Below, piece after piece: positions 20,810 through 29,752 of a stretch of 64,000 nt of DNA. The stretch covers positions 1,109 to 65,108 of the forward strand of contig JAIBDD010000009.1 of the NCBI GenBank assembly GCA_024679565.1, read 5' to 3'. Position 1 is the first letter of the stretch. Every line of letters begins with the position of its first letter. Below the pieces are notes generated by a model. The model had not been told where the DNA came from. It ran no database searches and worked only from the letters and a program-made list of their open reading frames with translations. The translations under genes and the position numbers were made by a program. Source of the stretch: Bacteroidota bacterium (GTDB taxonomy: Bacteria; Bacteroidota; Bacteroidia; NS11-12g; UBA9320).

Positions 20810-21943
20810 ATGACCTTAAGACTGCCGTTAATTGCCATTTGCACTTTCTTTTTTGTTAAGGCAAGTGCCCAAGACTACTACAATTACCGAAAGATTACCG
20901 ATCCGTTTCACTTCATTAATTTACCCGTTTTAGACGATATGAAGAAACAATACATCGTTGATAATCATATTAGCTCTGTAGCTACGAAAAGGTATGGATT
21001 TAAGAAGAACGGTAAACGAAAGAGGTATTACTATGGCTCGACGTTCACCTTTAATGAGTTAGGCCAGATCACAAAAGTTAAAGGTCGCAATCATAAAAAA
21101 GATATTGGCTATAGTGAATATACCTACTATAAAAACGGCAAGCTTGCCACTCATGCATACTACAACCGTAAAGGCAAGCTAGAGAAATACCACAAACAAC
21201 ATTTTGAAGGTGTAGAACGTGCCTATATACAATTGGACACCGATTTAGATACAGTTTTGTATGTGGTTAAAGGGCTCAAAAAGGGCAACAATATTGCAAC
21301 GGACTACTTTTACAAAAAAGGAAAACTCAAATACCGCTGGATAAACGAATATGATGTAGACGACAAGTTACAGCAAGTGACCATCTATAAAGGGAATGGG
21401 AAGGTGAAATACATCTGGGATTACAGGTGTATAGAAGAGGGTGCCGAAATATTAAAGCATAAGGATACAACGACCATATGTACAAGTGTCACGGAGAATG
21501 AAGATGGAACTACCACTTACGTATATCAAAACGTGAACGAAAAAGGAGAACTTGTAAAAAGCATTAACAGAATGAATAAGTCTGGCAAGTTGGAACACTA
21601 CAGAAGATTAAAAGGTGTTGAAGAGGTTATTGCCTACGAATATGATATTGAATATGATGACGACGATTCAACCATCACCAATACTTTAAGCAAATACTAT
21701 AGAAAAGGAACCCTTCGTAGCGTTACAGACAAAACTTTTGATGCAGACCACTACTTCGTATCGCATGTTACCACCCGATTTAAAAAAGGGGAAATAGTAT
21801 CTGAATCAATTCGGCAGTATGAATATGGTCAAAATGGGCTCCCTTCACGTTATACTCGAGAGAACAAAGTGAAGAAATCTAAAGGGGTAACCGAGTTCAA
21901 TTTTGATATCAATTCAGGACCAGGTACGGAGTCATTTGACTAG
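20810..21943 (+). CDS. Secreted MORN/YwqK-like repeat protein
   Basis: Signal peptide, then many Y-Y-K-N-G-K-L type repeats (YYKNGKLATHAYYNRKGKLEKY, YFYKKGKLKYRW, IYKGNGKVKYIW). Confidence 0.55.
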   Translation: MTLRLPLIAICTFFFVKASAQDYYNYRKITDPFHFINLPVLDDMKKQYIVDNHISSVATKRYGFKKNGKRKRYYYGSTFTFNELGQITKVKGRNHKKDIGYSEYTYYKNGKLATHAYYNRKGKLEKYHKQHFEGVERAYIQLDTDLDTVLYVVKGLKKGNNIATDYFYKKGKLKYRWINEYDVDDKLQQVTIYKGNGKVKYIWDYRCIEEGAEILKHKDTTTICTSVTENEDGTTTYVYQNVNEKGELVKSINRMNKSGKLEHYRRLKGVEEVIAYEYDIEYDDDDSTITNTLSKYYRKGTLRSVTDKTFDADHYFVSHVTTRFKKGEIVSESIRQYEYGQNGLPSRYTRENKVKKSKGVTEFNFDINSGPGTESFD

Positions 21944-22018
21944 GCGTCTAGTCAATGTGACATTTACCATTAAAACTTTTTCACTTTTTATTTTTAATCA
22001 TTCTAAATAAAAATAATT

Positions 22019-23227
22019 TTGCCCCATCAAATTGAAAGGATGAGGAAATTAATTGCGTTTACGTCATTATTTATCACAGTATTTATTGCTTCAGCGCAAA
22101 ACACTGATAGCGTATATAACACCAAGAACTCTGCACAAACCTTAATCGCTGCTAAAAGTGGAAAGTTGTTGATGGCAGCCTATGGAGAAGCGCATTATAA
22201 TCAACCCGTAAATGCAGGCAAAATCCAGAATGGCAACATGGATATTCACCGCCAGGTGTTATTGTTCGGCTACAAATTTAACAGCAGAACATCGTTTATT
22301 ACTGAGATTGAAATAGAGCACATTAAAGAGGTATACCTTGAGCAAGCCTTTTTAAACTATCAACTAAAACCTTGGTTAAACTTCCAGGGAGGTTTAATAC
22401 TTATCCCAATGGGTATTGTGAATGAATATCACGAACCTACTACGTTCAATGGTGTGGAACGTCCACTCATTGACAAAATAATGGTTCCTAGTACCTGGAG
22501 AGAGCTAGGAACAGGTTTTACTGGGAATTTACCGGACATCAATTTACGATATCAAGTATTCGCAGTTAACGGCCCAATGGGTTATAACGGTGATACTCGG
22601 CTTAGCGGAAAGGCTCCCATTAGAGGTGCAAGACAAAAAGGTTCAGAAGCTAAAATGCGTCAACCAGACCTTTCGACAAAAGTGAACTACTATGGCATCA
22701 GAGGACTAAACATTGGCGCTGCAGTTTACATGGGCACAACTGAATCTTCCTTATTTGCTAACTTAAACACAGACAGCACCATGCAATCAGCCATGGCGGA
22801 TAGTTCTGTGATCGGTGTAAAAATGGTTGGGTTAGATTTTAGGTACTCTAGAAAACAATTTGAAGCGCGCGGTCAAGTGATATACGGCATGTATAACAAC
22901 ACAAGTGCTTACAACCACTTTGCTGACTCTGATTTGGGTACAGCAGCATATGGCTATTACGCGGAGTGTGGTTATGATGTCAGTAAGCTTTTGAAAATCA
23001 AAAACAGATTGGTTCCATTTGTACGGTATTCAAATTACAATACGCACCACCAAACGACTACAGAAACACCTGCAAATGCACAGTACGAGCAAACTATAAT
23101 CACAACAGGATTAAGTCTTTTTCTTGACAAAGCATTTGTTGCGAAAGCAGATTTTCAACACAGCACCAATGGTAATAATGTAACCAACAATACGGTCAAC
23201 TTAGGCTTAGGTTTCTGGTTTAGATAA
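22019..23227 (+). CDS. Outer-membrane beta-barrel, porin-like protein
   Basis: Signal peptide (likely start MRKLIAF at 22040), alternating amphipathic beta-strand pattern, aromatic-rich C-terminus GLGFWFR. Confidence 0.5.
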   Translation: MPHQIERMRKLIAFTSLFITVFIASAQNTDSVYNTKNSAQTLIAAKSGKLLMAAYGEAHYNQPVNAGKIQNGNMDIHRQVLLFGYKFNSRTSFITEIEIEHIKEVYLEQAFLNYQLKPWLNFQGGLILIPMGIVNEYHEPTTFNGVERPLIDKIMVPSTWRELGTGFTGNLPDINLRYQVFAVNGPMGYNGDTRLSGKAPIRGARQKGSEAKMRQPDLSTKVNYYGIRGLNIGAAVYMGTTESSLFANLNTDSTMQSAMADSSVIGVKMVGLDFRYSRKQFEARGQVIYGMYNNTSAYNHFADSDLGTAAYGYYAECGYDVSKLLKIKNRLVPFVRYSNYNTHHQTTTETPANAQYEQTIITTGLSLFLDKAFVAKADFQHSTNGNNVTNNTVNLGLGFWFR

Positions 23228-23767
23228 TTGATGAAGAAAGGATTTGCGATCATATTATTTTGTTCGTTTAGCGCGGCTTTTGGAGTGGCTACTTTTAGTT
23301 ACTTCCCACAAAACGTTTGCAAAAAAATGGACAAAGTGGTGCGTAAAACCTTTGGCAAAGAGAGTCAGTACTTCTCCATAGAAACGCCTGACAGTTTAAA
23401 AATCAATCACGAAGTGTATAAAGTGATTGAAGGAGACAGTGTACAAGGATTTACTTTTGTAACAAGGGCTTTAGGCTGCCAATTAGGCGGTTGCGACAAA
23501 CCACGTAAGGATAGCCTAGCATTCGAACAATTTTTCTTTGTCACTGTATTTGACCACTTAAAACGCATAAAAAAAGTTCGCATTTTGGAATACACCTCAA
23601 ACCACGGATATGAAATCGCGAACAAAGGTTGGTTAAAACAGTTTACAAAAGAGGAACATTTTGAAGTTGGAAAAAACATTGATGGTATAAGCGGCGCTAC
23701 TATTTCAGTGAATTCAATCACCCAAAATGTCAATTTCCAACGTCAGATTATCAATCAAGTCGATTGA
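23228..23767 (+). CDS. FMN-binding (FMN_bind) domain protein with candidate flavinylation motif
   Basis: Signal peptide. C-terminal DGISGATISVNSIT contains the [S/T]GAT motif that ApbE flavinylates in NqrC/RnfG-type domains. Start ATG is 1 nt after the porin stop. Confidence 0.6.
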   Translation: MMKKGFAIILFCSFSAAFGVATFSYFPQNVCKKMDKVVRKTFGKESQYFSIETPDSLKINHEVYKVIEGDSVQGFTFVTRALGCQLGGCDKPRKDSLAFEQFFFVTVFDHLKRIKKVRILEYTSNHGYEIANKGWLKQFTKEEHFEVGKNIDGISGATISVNSITQNVNFQRQIINQVD

Positions 23768-23770
23768 TTT

Positions 23771-25219
23771 TTATTTCCATTGCTGCCTGATAAGCACAAT
23801 GGTCTCTGAAATTTGAATAAGCACATCTTTATGAATCGTTGAAGACTGTCGGGCCAAGCTGTACGCGTCAAATAGCCTGTTTATCAACTTGTCGGAAACA
23901 CCCGTTTTGGACTTAAATCGAGACTTAAAATCATCATTGAGTTCATGAGTTGTCAGACCATATCGGTTACGCACTTCAAACAAAAACATCTTCATTTTTT
24001 GGTCTGCCATTTTCCGGTGATTCGGATTTAACCAGTACAACCTAGCTATCGTTTTAGAAAAATCAATCGAACTGTTTGTAACTGGGTCAAGCACTTCTAT
24101 TGTATTGTATTTACGCTTTATCCCAACAACCAAAAACACAATCAATCCTATTAAGAAAAAGTAAAAGGCTGCTTTGAGGGCCCTGTTTTTAAAAATATAT
24201 TCAAAGTAGCTTTTGTCAGATAATCCGTAACCTTCATTTTTTGCATTTAAAAACTGAAAGGAAAGTTCGTCCCAATACACTTGCGTATAATCAATATCGG
24301 TAAACATAGTTTTGACGTACTCAAAAATTTCAGGTTTATCAAACTGGGCGTTGGTAAATAGTACAGGGTTGGTGTGCAAATAAATGCTCCCCTCCCCCAT
24401 GTCTATTCGAATCAGATTAGCTCCTTGTTTTTTAGTTTTACCTAAGACCGTAATTTGCTGAATCTCATCAATATCAAATGTCTTGTTCTCTTTGCCTAAT
24501 TCTACTGGGTCTAACTCAACTGTTTCTAACTCTTCATATTCATAAGAATCTTCTTCGTAGTCATATGACTCTTCCTCGTAAGCATACTCTTCCTCTTCAT
24601 AAGCATACGCCTCATCTTCATATGCTTCTTCTTCCCAGGTATAGGTTGTACTTTTTCCATAAATGTCATTGGCCAGATTACTTGTGTCAACAAGAAAGAC
24701 GGATCTCAATGCGTTTTCACCGTATGTAATAATGTTTATTGATGTTGGTTTGTTATGTATAGACAACTCGTCTGTGAGCGTAATTGCAGAATCAACACGA
24801 TCTATGCTGAAGTAAGGGTCATCGCTTTTTAACTGGATCCCGCGTATTTTCTTAAACAATTCGAAATTAAAGTCATGTGCGATAATCAAGGCAGTATTGC
24901 CTTCTGCAACAAATTCATACAAGGCATCCGACTCCGTTCTATCTATATCGAAATTGTCGTTATAGAAAAAATATAACCCTTTGCTTTCTTCCTTATCTAT
25001 TCGAGAAAACCGCTCTTCTAGCTCAGTAAAGTCTTCGGACGTTTTCTCCATGTAATCAATGAAGAAATCACGATCATAGGGAAGCTTTTCACCTTCGTAG
25101 CCGTAATTAAATCGCCACTTTGCCATGTCTGAGCTTTGTCTTGATGAATTGGACAAATAGATTAAAAAACCCACGACAACCAAGATGACAATTATCAGTA
25201 CGATGTTACTTCTACGCAT
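23771..25219 (-). CDS. DUF4350-like membrane-anchored protein with acidic Tyr/Glu-rich low-complexity insert
   Basis: N-terminal TM, internal EEEAYEDEAYAYEEEEYAYEEESYDYEEDSYEYEE, a second TM near the C-terminus. Sits in the RDD/SpoIIM/DUF4129 cluster. Confidence 0.5.
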   Translation of the reverse strand: MRRSNIVLIIVILVVVGFLIYLSNSSRQSSDMAKWRFNYGYEGEKLPYDRDFFIDYMEKTSEDFTELEERFSRIDKEESKGLYFFYNDNFDIDRTESDALYEFVAEGNTALIIAHDFNFELFKKIRGIQLKSDDPYFSIDRVDSAITLTDELSIHNKPTSINIITYGENALRSVFLVDTSNLANDIYGKSTTYTWEEEAYEDEAYAYEEEEYAYEEESYDYEEDSYEYEELETVELDPVELGKENKTFDIDEIQQITVLGKTKKQGANLIRIDMGEGSIYLHTNPVLFTNAQFDKPEIFEYVKTMFTDIDYTQVYWDELSFQFLNAKNEGYGLSDKSYFEYIFKNRALKAAFYFFLIGLIVFLVVGIKRKYNTIEVLDPVTNSSIDFSKTIARLYWLNPNHRKMADQKMKMFLFEVRNRYGLTTHELNDDFKSRFKSKTGVSDKLINRLFDAYSLARQSSTIHKDVLIQISETIVLIRQQWK

Positions 25220-25886
25220 GATCCATCTCCTCTCTTAATTGTGTGAACAACACCGCAATTTTTTCGTAGTCTTCTAAAGAAAGTACATGTTCGCCGTACC
25301 AGTAATATTCGTAAACGATTGTTAAATCTCTAATCCGTTTATAGTGGTTGAATTGTATGATTTGATTGAGATACTCGCCGTTGGTATTGTATTTATGCCA
25401 TCGTATTAATCCTTTGGCTTGAAGCCTTTCTAAAAGCAATAAGAACTCATACCGCAGGCAACGATTGTAATTATTGGCTTGTGCGGCATCTTGCAGTTCT
25501 TTTTCAAGCTCTGACAACACCAGTTCTTCAGGATTTTCGGCATCATAGGTTGGATTTAGCTTCACCTTTCTCGAGCCCACTTTAATGACGTCGGCCTGTA
25601 CCAACACATAAATAAGTAGAGCAATTAATGCTGCTATGCCAATGTATAGCAGTATGTTAATAAAATTAGTACCTAAGCCGCCTCCCGAATATTCTGGTAT
25701 TTTCTTATTCTCTTTTTTTTGCTCGGGCTTTTCTTCTTCCTTCTTCTTTGTTTGTGGTGGAGAGTAGTTATACTTATCAGACATTTTCACCCAAGTAGAA
25801 CTGTCAAGTTCGTTGGCCTGAACGCTTGTGTTTCCAACAAGCGTAATAAGGAAAATGCCAATTATGATTTGTACGAGTTTATGCAT
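25212..25886 (-). CDS. DUF4129-like protein (signal peptide plus one TM)
   Basis: 224 aa. Lys/Glu-rich linker, TM segment, C-terminal YEYYWYG region typical of DUF4129. 8-bp overlaps with both neighbours. Confidence 0.5.
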   Translation of the reverse strand: MHKLVQIIIGIFLITLVGNTSVQANELDSSTWVKMSDKYNYSPPQTKKKEEEKPEQKKENKKIPEYSGGGLGTNFINILLYIGIAALIALLIYVLVQADVIKVGSRKVKLNPTYDAENPEELVLSELEKELQDAAQANNYNRCLRYEFLLLLERLQAKGLIRWHKYNTNGEYLNQIIQFNHYKRIRDLTIVYEYYWYGEHVLSLEDYEKIAVLFTQLREEMDHA

Positions 25887-27726
25887 TAGTCACAATATCT
25901 TCTACTTCCTTCTTTAGGTGAATGGCATGGTACTTTTCGACCAAGGAAAGCACCATATAATAAACTGCATAGATATAAAATGGGATGGTAGCCATTACCA
26001 CCGTCATATAGAGGCATATCTGAGCGCCAATAGCTATCTTCTCCTTTTGATTTGCATCAAATGGCAGCAAGTCGTTTAGCACATGAATAGAAAGCTCGGT
26101 TAACCCTGAATGTACCAACATCTGAACAAAAAACAGAAGTACCGACACGGAGAGCCATAACATCAAAAAGTGAAACACTTTCCCCAAAAATAGGTTTACA
26201 ATGGTTTGTCGATTACCGGTGTAATAATGAACGGTCAACAAAAGAGTAACTGCAAGTGCTATGGCAATCATACTTCCATAGCTCGTTAAATAGGCCAACG
26301 GGAATCCAGGATTAAGGTAGAACCGTAAATAACTTGCCAGTGCCAGTACAGCAAAAATCAACAAGTACTGAGGCATGTGCTTCATGCGCAATTTAAATGC
26401 AAAGGCATGAACCGCATTTACAGCAAATATGATGATGGTCCATATGGCAAAATACAGTCCGGTAAACAACCGATAATCCGACGTTTCGGGTAGGCCTGTA
26501 TTACCCAAACTACTAGAACTAGTGACTGAATCAAATATATTGTTGATCCATTCCATCGCTGGCGTAGAATGGAAGAGGAAATATCTATCAAAATTAAAAT
26601 AGAGCAATACCGGGTAAATCAATCCAGCAATTAGACAAAGGGTGATGTTTCTGCCAAACTGCATTTTATAGGTCGTAAATGAATCGGTGACTATCTGCGA
26701 CGTTGTTTTAATTTCTTTATCGGATATCACTTTTGGCGGGTGGTCTTTCCGTAATTTTTCATGATGTGGATTGGTTCCATGTCTTTTGTGCATCATAGCC
26801 GGATAAACAAAAAAGTATATCACCACCAACGCAAGATTTAGGAGAATAAATATTCCTTTGACGGCATCTGGCATACCCGTCATACGTGTGACAAAACCTT
26901 CTATTACAGCCGCAACAAAAGTGAAAGGTAGAACCATAAGCAAAAGCTTCCCAGCATTACCAGCGCTTAAACGCCACGATTGGTATCTGGTATAGTTGCC
27001 TGGGAATAAAAGTCCTTTACCGGCCAACAAGGCTACACCACCCATCAGACCGATGGTTGAGATTTCTATGGTACCATGGAGCCAAATGGTCAGCAATGAA
27101 TCTTTAAAACCGCCATGTTGGACAAAAAAGTATTGAAAAACGCCCACCATTATGCCGTTTCTGACCAGCACCCAAATGGCGCCGAAACTAAAAAATAAAC
27201 CGAGCCCCAACATCATGATATCAATCCTGGCATTGTTCTCTAAAATCATTAAAAAACCTTCAATACCTGAACCTCCTGTGTACACCGCCATGGCATCTCC
27301 ATTTTCGATATTTGCCTTGGTCATGGCCACATACGATTCGCCCAGCACTACAGAAGCAAACTCTGGATTTTTAATAGAAGAGTAAATACCAATGCCCATG
27401 GCGAGGATAAACACCAGAAATGAAATAATCATTTCGCGCCGGGCTAGGTACATGAGTTGTGGAACCTCAATGGTATAAAAATCCTTTATCACTTGAAAAT
27501 CAAGGCGTTTACGTTTCCCTAGCTTGTCAAATATTTTGCTTGCTAAATCATTTAAGTATACCCGTACAGATCGATTCGGGTAATGTGATCGACTGTGGCT
27601 TAAATCATCTGTTATTTGAATAAAAACTTCGCTTAATTCATCTGGATCATTTTCCGATTGGGTGATTATTTTTTCATAATCAATCCACTTATTCTTATTT
27701 TGGTCGATGAATTCGGATTCCTTCAT
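25879..27726 (-). CDS. Polytopic membrane protein with SpoIIM/DUF95-like N-terminal module
   Basis: The track ORF 25879..27942 overlaps the divergent RDD gene by 185 bp. Internal start MKESEFIDQNKNKW at 27726 removes the overlap. At least 10 predicted TM helices. Confidence 0.55.
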   Translation of the reverse strand: MKESEFIDQNKNKWIDYEKIITQSENDPDELSEVFIQITDDLSHSRSHYPNRSVRVYLNDLASKIFDKLGKRKRLDFQVIKDFYTIEVPQLMYLARREMIISFLVFILAMGIGIYSSIKNPEFASVVLGESYVAMTKANIENGDAMAVYTGGSGIEGFLMILENNARIDIMMLGLGLFFSFGAIWVLVRNGIMVGVFQYFFVQHGGFKDSLLTIWLHGTIEISTIGLMGGVALLAGKGLLFPGNYTRYQSWRLSAGNAGKLLLMVLPFTFVAAVIEGFVTRMTGMPDAVKGIFILLNLALVVIYFFVYPAMMHKRHGTNPHHEKLRKDHPPKVISDKEIKTTSQIVTDSFTTYKMQFGRNITLCLIAGLIYPVLLYFNFDRYFLFHSTPAMEWINNIFDSVTSSSSLGNTGLPETSDYRLFTGLYFAIWTIIIFAVNAVHAFAFKLRMKHMPQYLLIFAVLALASYLRFYLNPGFPLAYLTSYGSMIAIALAVTLLLTVHYYTGNRQTIVNLFLGKVFHFLMLWLSVSVLLFFVQMLVHSGLTELSIHVLNDLLPFDANQKEKIAIGAQICLYMTVVMATIPFYIYAVYYMVLSLVEKYHAIHLKKEVEDIVTNA

Positions 27727-27757
27727 TTTGAGACCGAAAAAGTAGCTAATTTTTTTA

Positions 27758-28492
27758 ATGCGAACAATAGAAATTACCACCACACAAAATGTGGTCATAC
27801 AGGTTAAACTAGCCACCTTAATGGACCGAATTGTGGGTTTTATTGTTGACTTAATCATTATGACCATCAGCTTTTTGATTTTGGCTGGTATCATTTTAAA
27901 CTGGTTGCTAGAAAGTTCGAGTGACGAATGGTGGGTGTTCACTATTTTAACGATTACATTTTCCTTTTACACCCTACTATTTGAGATGGCGCTTCGCGGC
28001 CAAACGATAGGAAAGATGGTAATGGGTGTTAAGGTAATAAAGGTTGACGGCGGGCAACCAGAGTTTATTGACTACTTCCGCAGATGGGCTATTCGATGGA
28101 TAGACATTTGGGCTTCTTTTGGTGCGGTTGGTATGATATCGATAAGTACGTCTGACAAAGGCCAACGACTTGGCGATAAGATTGCAGACACGATACTGGT
28201 AAAGAAAAAGCAGACGTCAGGATATAACCTGAAAGACATTTTGAGCATCACGAGTACGACTTCATATACGCCTGTATATCCTGAAGTAACTGGCATAACG
28301 GAAACAAACATGTTGACGGTTAAGCGTTTATTGAACCGATACCAGAAATATCCAAATATTGATGCCTATACCGACATGATTCGGCAAACAAGCAAGGCAT
28401 TTGAAACAAATCTAGATCTGAAGCGTAAAGAGAAAAACCATGTAGCCTTTTTAAAACAGCTGCTTAAAGATTACGTCATCTTGACAAGGTAA
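27758..28492 (+). CDS. RDD family membrane protein
   Basis: RIVGFIVDLIIMTI...RRWAIRWIDIW RDD signature, followed by a C-terminal soluble extension. Confidence 0.65.
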   Translation: MRTIEITTTQNVVIQVKLATLMDRIVGFIVDLIIMTISFLILAGIILNWLLESSSDEWWVFTILTITFSFYTLLFEMALRGQTIGKMVMGVKVIKVDGGQPEFIDYFRRWAIRWIDIWASFGAVGMISISTSDKGQRLGDKIADTILVKKKQTSGYNLKDILSITSTTSYTPVYPEVTGITETNMLTVKRLLNRYQKYPNIDAYTDMIRQTSKAFETNLDLKRKEKNHVAFLKQLLKDYVILTR

Positions 28493-28510
28493 TTTTTTAC
28501 ATTTGAGAAG

Positions 28511-29170
28511 ATGAACCGACTCTTCTCCATTTTTGTTTGCATTCTTCTTGTAGGTTTTCCTTCTGTTCTCAAGAGCCAGACCGCAAAACATACCATAGGT
28601 GTAAACTTTTTACGGCTTACAGACTTAAGTATAATTGGAGACCTTAGCAACATACAAACTGGGTTTTCACCAACCCTGGGTCTAACCTATCAATTTGCTT
28701 TGAATCATCACTCAAGTGTAAGATTCGCGTACGCCAAGGATCGAAAATATATGAAGTCAAATGGCTTCTTTAGCGATTTTACCGAATTATCTGAGCGTCG
28801 AATGCTTAGCATCGGTATTCAAGCCCCGTTAAAGCCAAAAAAAACTTTGTCTTGGGTAATTATACTTGATGGGTATGCAACAACAGGTTCTTTGACCTCA
28901 AATAATAACATGGGACGTAATACTTCCACCCCCATTATTGCTCCGTGGCAAGGCGTTTATCATAATGAGTACATATTTGATGAATTTGGGTTACAAGTAG
29001 GACTCGGCAAAACCGTTCAACTATCTAAAGCAATTTCGTTTACCATAGAATCGGCTGCCATGTTTGGAGAACGACACCAAACCGACACCAAAAATCAAAG
29101 AACCAGTATTTTTAGTGTTGCACATTTTAACCCCGTATCTAGGTTTAGTTTGAATTACTCGTTTAAATAG
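28511..29170 (+). CDS. Small outer-membrane beta-barrel protein (hypothetical)
   Basis: Signal peptide, alternating hydrophobic pattern, C-terminal ...FSLNYSFK. Confidence 0.4.
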   Translation: MNRLFSIFVCILLVGFPSVLKSQTAKHTIGVNFLRLTDLSIIGDLSNIQTGFSPTLGLTYQFALNHHSSVRFAYAKDRKYMKSNGFFSDFTELSERRMLSIGIQAPLKPKKTLSWVIILDGYATTGSLTSNNNMGRNTSTPIIAPWQGVYHNEYIFDEFGLQVGLGKTVQLSKAISFTIESAAMFGERHQTDTKNQRTSIFSVAHFNPVSRFSLNYSFK

Positions 29171-29730
29171 CTTTCCACCCGTGCCTGCAACTTCGACACT
29201 ACTCTGTCTTCAAACCAAGGGTTCTTCTTCAACCAAAAACGATTTCTAGGTGATGGGTGTGGCATTGCAAAAAACTTTGGTAAGTATTGCTCATAATTCG
29301 CCACCGTTTGGGTCAATGTCTTTTTCGCTAAACTTCCCAGATATTGCTTTTGTGCATACAGTCCGATAAGCAAGATGATTTCGACATCAGGCATAAGCGC
29401 AAACAACTTTTTATGCCATGCGGCATAACACTCAGGGCGTGGAGGTAAATCACCCGATTTTCCTTTACCAGGATAACAAAACCCCATGGGTACAATAGCT
29501 ATAGACGGATTATTATAAAACGTATCCCTATCCATGTTCAACCATTTGCGCAGTTGATCACCACTTGGGTCGTTCCATGGTATGCCAGTGTTGTGGACTT
29601 TGGTGCCAGGTGCTTGCCCGATTATAACCAACTTTGCCTTTGGGTGTGCCCAAACAACAGGGTTGGGTCCCAAAGGCAAATGTTCTTCGCACAAATTGCA
29701 CTGTTTTATCTCTTTGAGTAAGGATTTCAT
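29155..29730 (-). CDS. Uracil-DNA glycosylase superfamily protein (family 4/5-like)
   Basis: LVIIGQAPG...HPSP pattern of UDG-fold enzymes, plus an N-terminal CNLCEEH cysteine motif. Confidence 0.65.
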   Translation of the reverse strand: MKSLLKEIKQCNLCEEHLPLGPNPVVWAHPKAKLVIIGQAPGTKVHNTGIPWNDPSGDQLRKWLNMDRDTFYNNPSIAIVPMGFCYPGKGKSGDLPPRPECYAAWHKKLFALMPDVEIILLIGLYAQKQYLGSLAKKTLTQTVANYEQYLPKFFAMPHPSPRNRFWLKKNPWFEDRVVSKLQARVESYLNE

Positions 29731-29752
29731 TTTGGAGCGCTACACCGGAAAA

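Noticed and set aside
24540-24660. Short periodic nucleotide repeats (tct tcc tct tca taa gca tac…) that could be mistaken for a CRISPR or tandem-repeat locus
   Set aside because: The periodicity is the antisense of an in-frame acidic Tyr/Glu low-complexity coding segment. No spacer-repeat structure is present.
27727-27942. N-terminal 72 codons of the 687-aa ORF overlapping the divergent RDD gene
   Set aside because: The overlap of 185 bp with a divergent gene is implausible. The internal start MKESEF at 27726 leaves a clean 31-bp divergent spacer.
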